This document shows, in pieces, positions 26,302 to 36,850 of a DNA stretch of 64,000 bases. The position numbers were made by a program, and so were the translations under genes. Numbering within the stretch: the first letter of the stretch is position 1; every line of letters starts with the position of its first letter. The notes below the pieces were generated by a model. That model was not told where the DNA came from. It did not search any database and saw only the letters and a program-made list of their open reading frames with translations. This stretch comes from a bacterium (lineage in GTDB: Bacteria; Patescibacteriota; Microgenomatia; Woykebacterales; RBG-16-39-9b). The stretch covers positions 330,460 to 394,459 of the forward strand of contig JAUYID010000009.1 in the NCBI GenBank assembly GCA_030704665.1, in the 5' to 3' direction.

Positions 26302-27242
26302 AAAAACAGAGACGACAATTTTACTTTTTTAACAAAGTCATGACCGCAGGCTTTTGTTTACTGGTCTTTTTGGCTTTGGCCAAGGCAGCTTCCGCTGCGG
26401 GTTTATCGCTTACTCCAAGTTCAGGCAACGTGAAATCAGGAGAAGAGCTTAAAGTTCAACTTGTTCTTGATACTGACAGTACTGAGACAGTTGATGGAGC
26501 TGATGCTATCCTCACTTTTGATGACAACCGACTCAAGCCAAAGGAAGTAAAGTCAACTGGAGAATTTAGCAATTTGATTACCAAAGAAAGTCCAGGGAGA
26601 CTACAAATCACCGCTTTAGCTTCCAAAGAAGGGCAAAATTTTGAAACCTCGATTCCTCTCGCCGAAGTGACCTTCACTATTCTTCAGTCAGGTGTAGCTG
26701 CGGTTGGTTTTGATTTTAGCGAAGGCTCGACGACTGATTCAAATGTAGTCCAGCACAAAACCCTCAAAGACATTCTCCAAAGCGTCAACGGCGGAAACTA
26801 TTCTGTGACAGCGACTCCTGGGCAACAAACGGTCAGTCTTTTGAAAAGGATTTTTCCAATTTTGATCATAATCTTTGTCCTGTTCTTAATCGGGTTTGGG
26901 GTTTTCTGGTTCGTCCGAAGAGGGGGTTTTGGTTTCTTTGGTGGAGGAGGGCAGGATGAGGATGTCTTTTATCCAGAATCAGTGCCAATGGACGAAGTTC
27001 CAAAGGATGTAGAAATTCCAAGTGGGCAGCCTCTGACAGCTCAGGGCCAAGAAGAGCAGACGGCTGCCTCACTACCAACTGAGACCGCGGCAGCTGACTC
27101 GCAACCGCCTGTTTCTGTCCCACCAGGTCCTGAGGAAACTCCCGAACAACAGTCATCGGACCAGCCCTACAACGCCTGGACCGCCGCCCCACCGCCAACA
27201 AATCAGCCTCCGACTCCGCCGGTGAGTGGAGAGGGTAGCTAA
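26298..27242 (+). CDS. Cohesin-domain membrane protein with Pro-rich cytoplasmic tail
   Basis: Signal peptide; LSLTPSSG.VK.G...VQLVLDT, VDGADAILTFD, LAEVTF; TM helix; Pro-rich tail. Confidence 0.72.
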   Translation: MKKQRRQFYFFNKVMTAGFCLLVFLALAKAASAAGLSLTPSSGNVKSGEELKVQLVLDTDSTETVDGADAILTFDDNRLKPKEVKSTGEFSNLITKESPGRLQITALASKEGQNFETSIPLAEVTFTILQSGVAAVGFDFSEGSTTDSNVVQHKTLKDILQSVNGGNYSVTATPGQQTVSLLKRIFPILIIIFVLFLIGFGVFWFVRRGGFGFFGGGGQDEDVFYPESVPMDEVPKDVEIPSGQPLTAQGQEEQTAASLPTETAAADSQPPVSVPPGPEETPEQQSSDQPYNAWTAAPPPTNQPPTPPVSGEGS

Positions 27243-27967
27243 AAAACTTTGGTCAAAAGCTGTCCGTCGATTTCGTAGACTAGCTTGCAACCCTTCTTCA
27301 GTTTACTTTTTGCTTCTTCAAAAAGCCGTTTGTAAAAAGTCATTTGGGATTGACCGGAGTCAAGAGCACTTCGTGGTTCGTAGTTTCTCACCTCTTCTTT
27401 TAAGTTCAGATAATTCCTTGTTGGGATGTAGGGTAGGTTGGCCACAATCAAATCAAGTTTTTCCTCTATTCCCTCGGTTAAATCAGTTTGGATAAACTCA
27501 ATTCTGTCTAAAACTAAATGAAGGGCGGCATTTTTCCGAGCCACAAAGAGAGCAGCCGTGGAAGTATCAGTAGCCATGATTCTAGCGGAAGGAAGACTGA
27601 GGGCGAGAGAAACCGCGATACAGCCACTGCCGGTTCCAACGTCAACTAGAGTTGGGTTTGGGAAATTTTTTACTGACTGAATTACTTCTTCTACCAAATC
27701 TTCACTTTCCGCACGAGGAATCAAAACCTTTGGGTTGACCAGAAACTTGAAGCCAAAAAACTCTTTATAACCAAGAATATAGGCTAGGGGTTCGCTTTTG
27801 GCTCGTCGGTCAACTAAATTCTTGAAGTTCGTTGTTTGGGTTTTGGTTAAATCTTGTTCCGGATGAGCAAAAAGAAAGGAACGATCTTTTTTTAAAAGCT
27901 CAGCGAGCAGAATCTCAGTTTCGGTTCGATCAATCGTTGAGGCAGCCAAGGTCCACTTAATTGTCAT
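27239..27967 (-). CDS. prmC: Release factor glutamine methyltransferase
   Basis: EPLAYILG, VLIPR, DVGTGSGCIA, NLPYI; follows prfA. Confidence 0.93.
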   Translation of the reverse strand: MTIKWTLAASTIDRTETEILLAELLKKDRSFLFAHPEQDLTKTQTTNFKNLVDRRAKSEPLAYILGYKEFFGFKFLVNPKVLIPRAESEDLVEEVIQSVKNFPNPTLVDVGTGSGCIAVSLALSLPSARIMATDTSTAALFVARKNAALHLVLDRIEFIQTDLTEGIEEKLDLIVANLPYIPTRNYLNLKEEVRNYEPRSALDSGQSQMTFYKRLFEEAKSKLKKGCKLVYEIDGQLLTKVF

Positions 27968-28869
27968 TGGTCTTGAGATTGGAAGGCGGTGATGATGGGT
28001 TTTAAATTGCCTTCAAGTATTTCTTCGATGTTGTGAAAGCTTTTGCCGAGACGATGATCAGTGATACGGTCTTGTGGGAAGTTGTAAGTACGAATCTTTT
28101 CTGACCTATCCCCAGAGCCGATCTGCTCTTTTCGAGTAGAATCTATATTACTTCGTTTTCTCTCTTCTTCGGCTTGATAAAGGCGGGCGCGGAGAACACC
28201 TAGTGCGCGCTGCCGGTTTTGCAACTGACTGCGCTCTGAAGAACAAGTGGCGACTAATCCAGTGGGAAGGTGGGTGATTCTTACCGCGGTCTCAACTTTT
28301 TGAACATTTTGTCCACCATGGCCCCCGGCGCGGAAAGTGTCAATTTTGAGATCGGTTGGGTTAATTTCGAAGTCTTTTTCTTTTATTTCCGGTAAAACTG
28401 CCACCGAGGCAGTGGAAGTGTGAATCCTTCCGCCAGACTCAGTTTCAGGTACTCTTTGAACACGATGGACTCCGGACTCGAGCCTTAGATCTTCGTAGGC
28501 CGCAGGGTTGCCAATTCGAAAAATCACTTCTTTAATATTGCCAAGCCCACCTTCGTTGATGGAAAGTTGCTCTACCTTCCAGCCTTGGTTGTCGGCAAAA
28601 CGAGTGTACATTCGGTAGAGAACACCGGCGAAAAGGCCAGCCTCGTCACCTCCAGCGGCAGCTCTGATTTCAAGCAGCGCTCCTGAGGCGGTTTCGACTT
28701 CGCCGGGGTTTGAGCCGGTCAATGCTTTCTCAAGCGCTTCCTTCTGCTCTTGGAGAGCCTTAACTTCCTCTTCTGCTAGTTGTCTCAAACTTTCATCAGA
28801 AGCAATCAGCTCTTTGAGATCTGCAATTTTTTTGTCTAACTCTTCAATTTGGGATTGGAGATAGTCCAT
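27964..28869 (-). CDS. prfA: Peptide chain release factor 1
   Basis: GGQ motif, VQRVPETE (PxT), RTYNFPQDR. Confidence 0.93.
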   Translation of the reverse strand: MDYLQSQIEELDKKIADLKELIASDESLRQLAEEEVKALQEQKEALEKALTGSNPGEVETASGALLEIRAAAGGDEAGLFAGVLYRMYTRFADNQGWKVEQLSINEGGLGNIKEVIFRIGNPAAYEDLRLESGVHRVQRVPETESGGRIHTSTASVAVLPEIKEKDFEINPTDLKIDTFRAGGHGGQNVQKVETAVRITHLPTGLVATCSSERSQLQNRQRALGVLRARLYQAEEERKRSNIDSTRKEQIGSGDRSEKIRTYNFPQDRITDHRLGKSFHNIEEILEGNLKPIITAFQSQDQ

Positions 28870-28893
28870 CTAACTTATAGAATAGGGGAAAAT

Positions 28894-29307
28894 TTAAGAA
28901 GCTTCAATCAGTTCCAGCATTTCTTTGAGAGATTTTGGTCTCTCCGCCGCCTTGGTTTCGCTAGGCTTTTTTGCTTTTCGATCTTTTTTAGCAGTCAGAC
29001 GGCGCTCAAAAGCTTCAACTCGACCCTCAGTATCGACAAATTTTGCTTGCCCGGTGAAGAAGGGATGGCATTTGCTGCAGACTTCAACGTGAATCTCGGG
29101 TCGTGTGGAACCAACCGTGAAAGTTGTGCCGCAAGAGCAAGTTACTTTGGCGTTTTCGAAGTACTCGATCGGCCCAAGTTCGCGCTTTTCTAGACCTTTT
29201 TCTTTTTTGACTGGAGTTTCGGCCACGGCTTCGCTAGCTTCTTCTTTTTCGAGAACTGCAGTTTGGACGGAGTCTTGAGTTGTTGCTACTTGTTTCTGCT
29301 CTTCCAT
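28894..29307 (-). CDS. rpmE: 50S ribosomal protein L31 with acidic N-terminal extension
   Basis: [23 protein letters not shown]. Confidence 0.92.
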   Translation of the reverse strand: MEEQKQVATTQDSVQTAVLEKEEASEAVAETPVKKEKGLEKRELGPIEYFENAKVTCSCGTTFTVGSTRPEIHVEVCSKCHPFFTGQAKFVDTEGRVEAFERRLTAKKDRKAKKPSETKAAERPKSLKEMLELIEAS

Positions 29308-29378
29308 AAAATTAGCTTCAAAATTTTGTCCCAATGATTCTAACACAGGAATTGTGATTCTACAAGTTCAAAATCAAA

Positions 29379-30299
29379 TCAATTGCGCTGGTGTTTACGC
29401 AGGTGGTGGTGCGGTTTGTTCAAAGTTGAGAAGTAAACTCCGAGAAGAATTATTACTCCGGCCAGGAGAAAGAAGGGATCGAGCTTTTCATGCAAAAAGA
29501 TTGCTCCGAGGGCAATCGACACAATTGGCGTGATATAGCTGAGCGAGGAAACCAAGTGGACTTTGATTCGTGCTAGCCCCCAATCGAAAAGAAGATAGGC
29601 GAAAAAGGAGGCAAAAAGAGCAGAAAAGAGAATGGCGAGGATTCCGACCAAAGTTACTTCCCGAATCCAAAAAGGGTGGGTGGCGGTTTCAACTAGAGAA
29701 AAGGGAAGAAAAGCTAGACTGGAGACAAAGAAGGCAAAGCAAGTGACAGTCAACGAAGAGTAGCTTGCATAGAGTCTTTTCGAGCCAATGATATAGACCG
29801 AGCCAAAAATTACTGATAAAACAAGCAGAAAATTCCCGAGCAGTGGAAACTCAAAGTCACCTCCGTTGGTCAAGATAGGTCTGATCACGAGCAAAGCGGT
29901 GCCCAAAAAACCAAAGACAATGCCGGCTTTGTTGAGCAAGGAGATTTTTTCTTTCAAAAACCAGCTAGCCGCAACTAAATCAATGATTGGTTCCGTTGAA
30001 ATCAAAAGAGCTGCAGTCACGACAGTAGTTAAGTTCAAACCGAGAACCAAAAAGCCAATATGAAAAGCGAGCCCGAAGAGGGAAACAAAAATTAACGAGA
30101 CGGAGTCCTGCCGACTGACTTTTTGAGGAGGATGCAAAAGTAAGATTGGGGTGATCAAAAGAGCTGCAATCGCAAAACGGATAAAAACAGCTGAAAAAGG
30201 AGGGATTTCGGACAAAGCAATTTTTAAAGCCGGTGTGGTCAGGCCCCAGATGGTGGAAGCGAGAAGGACAGCGAGAAAGCCGGCAGTTTCTTTCTTCAT
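29379..30299 (-). CDS. DMT/EamA family transporter
   Basis: 10 TM in two EamA repeats; IWG, FLKEK, FLHEK. Confidence 0.9.
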   Translation of the reverse strand: MKKETAGFLAVLLASTIWGLTTPALKIALSEIPPFSAVFIRFAIAALLITPILLLHPPQKVSRQDSVSLIFVSLFGLAFHIGFLVLGLNLTTVVTAALLISTEPIIDLVAASWFLKEKISLLNKAGIVFGFLGTALLVIRPILTNGGDFEFPLLGNFLLVLSVIFGSVYIIGSKRLYASYSSLTVTCFAFFVSSLAFLPFSLVETATHPFWIREVTLVGILAILFSALFASFFAYLLFDWGLARIKVHLVSSLSYITPIVSIALGAIFLHEKLDPFFLLAGVIILLGVYFSTLNKPHHHLRKHQRN

Positions 30300-30380
30300 T
30301 ACCAATTAGTTTAACAAAAACGTAAAAAGAAAGTTTCCGCTTGCCAGGTTAGGATCTTTTCCTCTATAATTTATGTAACT

Positions 30381-30926
30381 ATGAATGAACCTGCCCAGGC
30401 TGCTTCGATTGAGCATGGCTTGCCCAAAGGAGCAGAAACAGCTTCAACCTTTTCTACTTCTCTGGAAACAAATCCCCCGCAACCCCAAGTTGAGGTGAGA
30501 CCACAACTAAGCAATGAACAGCAAGAGGCTGACGAAGCACGAAGAATTCAAGAGTTAACCAGCCAAGTTCGTCAAGCTCAAGAACGGACGGAAGAACCAG
30601 TAAATTTTGCTCAGAGCCTCGAAAAAAGAGCTGAGGTACTAAACAAGCAAGCAACTGGTCTGCGGGCAGAACACGAGCCAGTAGACAAAGGACCCAGTGT
30701 CAGTCCAGCCACACACTTCCTTTTGGAGGCGGAAGAAAGAAGAGCCGCTCACTTAGCTGCCTTGGTTGGGGTAGATGCCACCGAGCCAGTCAAGCAAGAG
30801 AAACAAGTGCCCCCTCCGACTCAAGACAGAGGGGAAGCTGCTCCGAGCACCCCAACTAACTTAGAAGATAAAGCTAGAGCACTAGAAGCGCAATTTGAAA
30901 GTGGCGGAGGGCAAAAGGCTGCCTGA
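30381..30926 (+). CDS. Hypothetical low-complexity protein
   Basis: Start after TATAAT; stop overlaps next ATG (TGATG). Confidence 0.65.
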   Translation: MNEPAQAASIEHGLPKGAETASTFSTSLETNPPQPQVEVRPQLSNEQQEADEARRIQELTSQVRQAQERTEEPVNFAQSLEKRAEVLNKQATGLRAEHEPVDKGPSVSPATHFLLEAEERRAAHLAALVGVDATEPVKQEKQVPPPTQDRGEAAPSTPTNLEDKARALEAQFESGGGQKAA

Positions 30927-33418
30927 TGTTTGATTTTACTGTTTACGCACAGACTCCAAATTCTCCTGATCTGGGCCAAAGTCTTTTGGGTTTGACGGTT
31001 TTGGTTTTAAGCCTACTTTTTGGCTTGGTTCTCTTTGCCCTTTTACCCTTTGCTTTTATCCTTTTTCGTCGTTACCAAAAAAGAGAGAAGCGTAGTTGGG
31101 ATTACGTGCTCTTGCAGGTAAAACCGACCAAGTACAACGAAATTAAAATCGAAGCCGCGGAAGCGATGTTCGCTTCTTTCTACGGACTTTTTCGGGCGGG
31201 TGCCCAGGGTTGGATAAAGGGGCAGGATCACATCGGGTTTGAGATTGTTTCCAAAAATGGCGAAATTGTTTTTTATGTTTCTACCCCCAATGAGCTTTCC
31301 GACCTAGTTGAAAAGCAAATCCACAGCTTTTACCCTGAAGCAGAGATTGTCCCAGTTCCGGACTACACAATCTCAACTGGAAAATATACTGATATCGTGG
31401 AGCTGTCTTTAAAGGCCAAAGCTTTCAAGCCAATCCGGCGCTTTAAAGAGTTTGGGGAGGACGTTGACCCGATGAACTCAATCACAACGGCTCTCTCCAA
31501 ACTTGAGCAAGGAGAAGCAGCAGCTTTACAGATACTGATTGCTCCGGCGGGAAGTGGCTGGCAAGGCCGCGGTTTTCGTGAAATTCACAGAGTCCAGACG
31601 AGTGCCTCAAGCTCAATTACTGCCCAAATCGGCAAAAGTATTACCAGCCCCGGGCAACCCCAACAGCCTGATCTACAACAACCCGAGGCTAGAACCAATT
31701 CAGTGACTATGGACCCTTACAAAAAAATTGAAGAAAAATCCTCAAAGCCTGGTTTTGACACCGTGATCCGTTTCGTGGTTTGCGCGAACAACAAATACAA
31801 CGCTGAAGTTTATATCAACAATATGATTGGCTCTTTCGCGCAGTTTGCTGATCCGGTAGGCAACGGTTTTCGGCGCCGTCGTTGGCCTTGGACTCTGACC
31901 AAAAAACAATCTCTTTCTGATTTCGTCAACCACATCATGCCCCTATTTTTTGGCAAAATGATTCTTAATACTGATGAGCTGGCAACAGTTTTTCATTTTC
32001 CCAGCAAAAAGGTCATGACCCCGAACATTATCTGGGCACTAGCCAAAAAATCCGCAGCCCCAACCACCGTTCCTAGCCAAGGTTTGTACCTTGGTAAAAG
32101 TGTCTTTCGGGGAGTGGAAACCCCGATCAGAATTACCGAGGATGATCGCCGTCGCCATACTTACATCATCGGGCAAACCGGTACTGGAAAAAGTGAGCTG
32201 CTCAAGCACCTGGCTTACCAAGACATTGTTGAAGGCAAAGGGGTGGCTTTTATCGATCCTCATGGGAGCGCAATTGAGGATTTGATCAATATGATTCCAG
32301 CTTCTCGAGCCGAAGACGTGATTCTTTTCGACGCGGGCGATACAGAAAGGCCGCTTGGACTCAATATTCTCGAGGGTGAAACTGACGAACAGAAAAACAT
32401 GGTGGTGAACTCTTTTATTGCCTTGCTCTACAAACTCTATGATCCAAAAAAAGTTGGCATCATGGGACCGAGATTGGAGCGGGCCATTCGCAACGTCATG
32501 CTTACGGCTATGGTGGAGAAAGGGAACACTTTGGTAGAAGTTTTGCGCTTGCTCATCGATCCGAAATTTGTTCAGGAGAAACTGCCGCTCATTACCGACC
32601 CCTTAGTACGTAGATATTGGACCGATGAGATCGCTCAAACTTCGGACTTTCATAAAAGCGAAACCATGGGTTACTTCGTTTCCAAATTTGACCGTTTCGT
32701 CACTGACAAACTGTTGCGCAATATTGTCGGTCAAAGTCAATCGGCTTTTGATTTTCGCAAATTGATGGACGAAGGCAAGATTTTGCTTGTTGACCTCTCC
32801 AAAGGAAAAATAGGGGATGAGAATTCCAATTTCTTGGGACTGATCTTAGTTCCAAGAATCCTCATCGCCGCCATGAGCCGGATTGATGTACCTGAGGAGC
32901 AACGCCGTGACTTTTATCTCTACGTGGACGAGTTTCAGAACTTTGCTACTCCTGACTTTGCGGTCATTCTTTCGGAAGCGAGAAAGTATCACCTCAACTT
33001 GACTGTCGCCAACCAGTTTATTGCTCAAATCGAGCAGGATATCAAAGACGCGGTTTTTGGTAACGTTGGAACTACGATTGCCTTCCGAGTCGGTATTGAT
33101 GACGCTACTTACCTGGAACATCAGTTTGAACCGGTTTTCAACAAGCAAGATCTGATCAACAACCCGATCGGGCACGCCTACATTCGCCTGCTCGTCAAGG
33201 GTCAACCGACGCCACCGTTTTCTTTTTCAACTGATTGGAACCAGATTCAGGGAATTGCCAGAAACAAAGAAACCGGCTCGGCCATTGCTGAGCTCTCTCG
33301 ACTCAGATTCGGAAAAGATAAAAATATTGTTGAAGCTGAAATAAATCGGCGGGCGGAGCTGGATAAACCAGTCCCCCTACAAAAACCAAATCCAGAGCCG
33401 ATCACAAAAAATGTTTAG
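30926..33418 (+). CDS. VirD4/TraG/HerA-like membrane ATPase (CPR type IV secretion coupling-like)
   Basis: N-terminal TM; HTYIIGQTGTGKS, IDPHG, YVDEFQNF, LSEARKY. Confidence 0.88.
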   Translation: MFDFTVYAQTPNSPDLGQSLLGLTVLVLSLLFGLVLFALLPFAFILFRRYQKREKRSWDYVLLQVKPTKYNEIKIEAAEAMFASFYGLFRAGAQGWIKGQDHIGFEIVSKNGEIVFYVSTPNELSDLVEKQIHSFYPEAEIVPVPDYTISTGKYTDIVELSLKAKAFKPIRRFKEFGEDVDPMNSITTALSKLEQGEAAALQILIAPAGSGWQGRGFREIHRVQTSASSSITAQIGKSITSPGQPQQPDLQQPEARTNSVTMDPYKKIEEKSSKPGFDTVIRFVVCANNKYNAEVYINNMIGSFAQFADPVGNGFRRRRWPWTLTKKQSLSDFVNHIMPLFFGKMILNTDELATVFHFPSKKVMTPNIIWALAKKSAAPTTVPSQGLYLGKSVFRGVETPIRITEDDRRRHTYIIGQTGTGKSELLKHLAYQDIVEGKGVAFIDPHGSAIEDLINMIPASRAEDVILFDAGDTERPLGLNILEGETDEQKNMVVNSFIALLYKLYDPKKVGIMGPRLERAIRNVMLTAMVEKGNTLVEVLRLLIDPKFVQEKLPLITDPLVRRYWTDEIAQTSDFHKSETMGYFVSKFDRFVTDKLLRNIVGQSQSAFDFRKLMDEGKILLVDLSKGKIGDENSNFLGLILVPRILIAAMSRIDVPEEQRRDFYLYVDEFQNFATPDFAVILSEARKYHLNLTVANQFIAQIEQDIKDAVFGNVGTTIAFRVGIDDATYLEHQFEPVFNKQDLINNPIGHAYIRLLVKGQPTPPFSFSTDWNQIQGIARNKETGSAIAELSRLRFGKDKNIVEAEINRRAELDKPVPLQKPNPEPITKNV

Positions 33419-33446
33419 GCAAGTTTTGTTATTATTAAAGTAACTT

Positions 33447-36422
33447 ATGTTAAACCCTGAATCATTCCGACCAGACCTGGCCCCTCAAAGTGGTGAGGGC
33501 GGTGCTTCTGGTGGGAAAGAAGTTTCTTTAGATGCGGCAAAGTTTACAGCCTGGAAAGAAAGGTACGAGGGGGGAAAATCCTTCACCAAGAAAGATGTAG
33601 CTAGCATGGCTAGTTATGTCTCTCGAAGTGGTGGTACTGGTGAACCCGGAGCACCAAACCCAAACGATTTGGACCCGCGTCGACTCTTTGAAAAAATTGT
33701 TGAGAGAACAGAAAAAGAAGAGGGTAGCCCTACAAGAATTTCTTTTAGGGAAGAGGCGGTTGCACAGGATTCAGATGAGACTAGACCAGCTACTGAGGAG
33801 GATTTAGAAAGACTAGCCAAAAATGGAATTGGAGGGCTGCGCGAGGAGGAGTCTCCAAGTCCTCTCGACACAAGTCGCCCACCCGTTGAGCTCGAGGATG
33901 CTTCCCAAGGTCGAGCTCCAGCAGCAGAAGATGTCGATGAAACTGAAGAAGAGCCACAGGGTGGCGTGGTTAAGCAACCTTCCCAAGGTCGTGGCAGAGC
34001 GAGAAGAGCTGATGAGGCTGATCTAGAAGCTGGACAGCCAGGAGGACGAACCCACCGAGCACCGAGAATTCCAGCCCCACCTGAACCACCAGTCGAAGCC
34101 AATGCTGGTGCGGTAGGACCACCTCCAATTGACCGCCAACCTCCAGCTCCACCTGCTCCTGAAGATGATGAGCGGAGACAAGAAACTACTGCGACTACAC
34201 CGCCTGCGCTTCCTAGAGTTGAACAGAGCCAGCCTGATCCGGAAGACCTAGAAAGACACCAACAAGGTCTAAAGACTTACGGAGATTTGAAATTTGGTGC
34301 TGAGTTTCAGTCAGTTGATGGTAGAAATTTTAAAGTAATGGAAACAAAGTTTGTTGATGTTAGTAAGGAAGAAGCAGAAAGACTCCATAGTATAGAAGTA
34401 GAGAAGGGTTTGAGGGGAGTATGGGAAGAAAAGCCAGGGGTACAAATAGAGCTTGCTTTGGGAGAAGAAGGTGGGAAGCAAAGCCGTCATCGCTACGATG
34501 CTAGGGTTGACGGAAATGAGTCGATGAGAGAACTACTAGGTATCAGCGCTCTTGATCATCAGGGAAGAAGAACCGCCGCAGTAGGTGAGCCAAGACAAGA
34601 GCAACCACCTGGGCCGCCAGGACCACCGTCCCGAGTGCGGGTTGTCCCGCCTCCCGAGACTCAACCACAGGCCCCTCAACTAGAAGAGCGGCTACCACCT
34701 CTCTTGGCGAGATTTGATTATACCCAACTGAGCGAAGTCGAAAAAGCTGACAAAGTCGAAGAATTCCGGCAAAGAATTCAGGCAGTGGAAGAAGAAACCA
34801 GAGAACTGCAACCAGGCGATAAAGATGCAATTGTTGACCTGAAGCGAGACTTTCTTCGGGGTGGAGGAGAAATGTTTTGGGCCAGGCCACTAAATCAAGA
34901 GGGACATTGGGGGGACACCCCAAATGAGGCAGCACGAGATTTTGTTAGTTACCTTGGACAGGGAGGCATTTTTACTGATGGGGTAAATACCTACCGAGTT
35001 AACGAGCTTATTCTTACGGGTAGTGACTTGAGTTCGTTGACTCCGGAGCAATTAGAGGCTCTTCGGGAGGATGTAAATCTTTTCGGTTACCGAGCGGTTT
35101 TACATGCGTTTCCGGGTAAGTCTATCAGCGTCCAGTACGCGGTCAGTAATGCAGAAGACCAAGAGCAGGTTTTTCCTCGGAAAGACGTAGTTGGAGCCGT
35201 GCGAGGAACATTTTCTAGAACTGCCGCCCAAACAGCTGCGGAAACCGGAGTTGGTGGAGTAGCAGCGGGAACTGGACCGACTGGAACCGAAACTGGTGGA
35301 GGAGGAATTCCACCGGAAACTCCACCGACGACAACGGCAGGTGGGCCTGAAGGGGAGCCGCCTTCAGAGCGAACGAAGCAAGCTTATGACGCGCTTCTCA
35401 AAGAAGCTCTTGAGGACCTCTCCCGGCGCGGAGTGGGGGCAGGAGCGGAAAGAGAGCCTATCAGCGAAGATTTGTTCAAACGAATTTTGCAAGTACAGAA
35501 TTTTTATTTAGCCAATCACCGTCCTGAAGTTTTCAAAGATCCGAACTTTAACCCGCTGGAAGACCCGGTCATTCAAGCGATCATGACTTTGCGGCAGCGG
35601 GAGAGCTTTGGTTCAGGACAGAACCTGGTGCGAGCGATTTTGATGCTTGAAGGTATGAAGAGTGACGCCATCGGTACCGGAGGAGAGGGAGGAAAAGTCA
35701 GCCCAACCCAGCAGGATCGTTTGAACGAGCTCAACAACCTTCAAAAAGAACTGGAGAAGAATTTGCGCGCTGAGCCACGACGGGGCCTCGTCAAGAGCAT
35801 GGCTGAGTTGATGAGAAGGGCCAACCCACTCAAATGGCGGGAGATTGGAGTCGAAAGAAGATTTCAGAGGGCAGCAGCTTTTGGTTTTGATTACGATCTT
35901 TTGCAGGTGCTCGAAAAGGCTGACTATTCCAGAGAGAGAATTGATGACACACTAAAAAGAAACCTGACTAAGTGGGAAGATGAGCTGATTGCTGCTAGAG
36001 CAGCCGGTTCCGCTCCACTCCCGGTTGCAGCCGAAACTAACGCACAAAGTTCAGGAACGCAAACTGGGGGAGGGAGCGAAACCACTTCCAGCCCTGAGGC
36101 GGCAGCGGCGGCCAAGACTGCCGCAAGTGCTTTTGCTCTTGAGCTGATGAGGACTTGGTTGCGAACCGGCGGAAAAATGTCGCAAAAGGAGATGAATGGT
36201 TTGCTGACTAGGGGAGTAGCCATCTTGGCGGGAGCAGCCAACACCAATCCAGCCCTGGCACCACTTTTCCAAGAGCTTTCAGCAGAGTCACAGGAAAAAG
36301 GTAGGAGAATTGCTTTCTGGCGCTTTGGCAAAAAAGCAGCGGCGACAACTGGTATACTTATGTTAATTACGGTTGCGGTGATCGGTTTAACCAGCTATGA
36401 GGCCTTTCAACAAAAACAATGA
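33447..36422 (+). CDS. Large Pro/Glu-rich hypothetical protein with C-terminal TM
   Basis: 991-aa ORF; disordered N-terminal half; terminal hydrophobic helix. Confidence 0.75.
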   Translation: MLNPESFRPDLAPQSGEGGASGGKEVSLDAAKFTAWKERYEGGKSFTKKDVASMASYVSRSGGTGEPGAPNPNDLDPRRLFEKIVERTEKEEGSPTRISFREEAVAQDSDETRPATEEDLERLAKNGIGGLREEESPSPLDTSRPPVELEDASQGRAPAAEDVDETEEEPQGGVVKQPSQGRGRARRADEADLEAGQPGGRTHRAPRIPAPPEPPVEANAGAVGPPPIDRQPPAPPAPEDDERRQETTATTPPALPRVEQSQPDPEDLERHQQGLKTYGDLKFGAEFQSVDGRNFKVMETKFVDVSKEEAERLHSIEVEKGLRGVWEEKPGVQIELALGEEGGKQSRHRYDARVDGNESMRELLGISALDHQGRRTAAVGEPRQEQPPGPPGPPSRVRVVPPPETQPQAPQLEERLPPLLARFDYTQLSEVEKADKVEEFRQRIQAVEEETRELQPGDKDAIVDLKRDFLRGGGEMFWARPLNQEGHWGDTPNEAARDFVSYLGQGGIFTDGVNTYRVNELILTGSDLSSLTPEQLEALREDVNLFGYRAVLHAFPGKSISVQYAVSNAEDQEQVFPRKDVVGAVRGTFSRTAAQTAAETGVGGVAAGTGPTGTETGGGGIPPETPPTTTAGGPEGEPPSERTKQAYDALLKEALEDLSRRGVGAGAEREPISEDLFKRILQVQNFYLANHRPEVFKDPNFNPLEDPVIQAIMTLRQRESFGSGQNLVRAILMLEGMKSDAIGTGGEGGKVSPTQQDRLNELNNLQKELEKNLRAEPRRGLVKSMAELMRRANPLKWREIGVERRFQRAAAFGFDYDLLQVLEKADYSRERIDDTLKRNLTKWEDELIAARAAGSAPLPVAAETNAQSSGTQTGGGSETTSSPEAAAAAKTAASAFALELMRTWLRTGGKMSQKEMNGLLTRGVAILAGAANTNPALAPLFQELSAESQEKGRRIAFWRFGKKAAATTGILMLITVAVIGLTSYEAFQQKQ

Positions 36423-36751
36423 TCGACAATCTTGAATTTACCAAATTTGTTTTGAAAACGAAAAAAATGACTCCCGAGCAGAAAAATCTCTTTTTGGAGG
36501 CGGTTCCGAACATGACTGAGGAAGATAAAACGAACCTGATTCTTTCCTTGGGCTTGCAAAATTTGGCCGCAATTTATGAAGATGTTTCCGATACCGAGGA
36601 CAAGGCTGCCCTTTCCGGAAAAGACATTGACCAGGAAGTGGATAATTTTCTGCTCAAAAGAGGAGAGAGTATCGACAACGACCAAATTGAGCAGCTGCGT
36701 GATCAACTGAAAAGCGCGAGTGACAGAACCCCAAAACCCGAACAAGTTTAA
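36419..36751 (+). CDS. Hypothetical acidic helical protein
   Basis: ATGA overlap with upstream gene. Confidence 0.65.
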   Translation: MIDNLEFTKFVLKTKKMTPEQKNLFLEAVPNMTEEDKTNLILSLGLQNLAAIYEDVSDTEDKAALSGKDIDQEVDNFLLKRGESIDNDQIEQLRDQLKSASDRTPKPEQV

Positions 36752-36850
36752 ACCTCTTGAACCTCAGTTTAAGTTGACATCCAATCTCATAGTGTGATAT
36801 ATCATGCCTATTCAATTCGGTTGGTAAGCCATGGATAAGGAGAGTGAAAC

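Noticed and set aside
33900-33992. Repeat CTTCCCAAGGTCG inside the 991-aa gene
   Set aside because: Two short copies encoding SQGR in a low-complexity region; no evidence of a separate element
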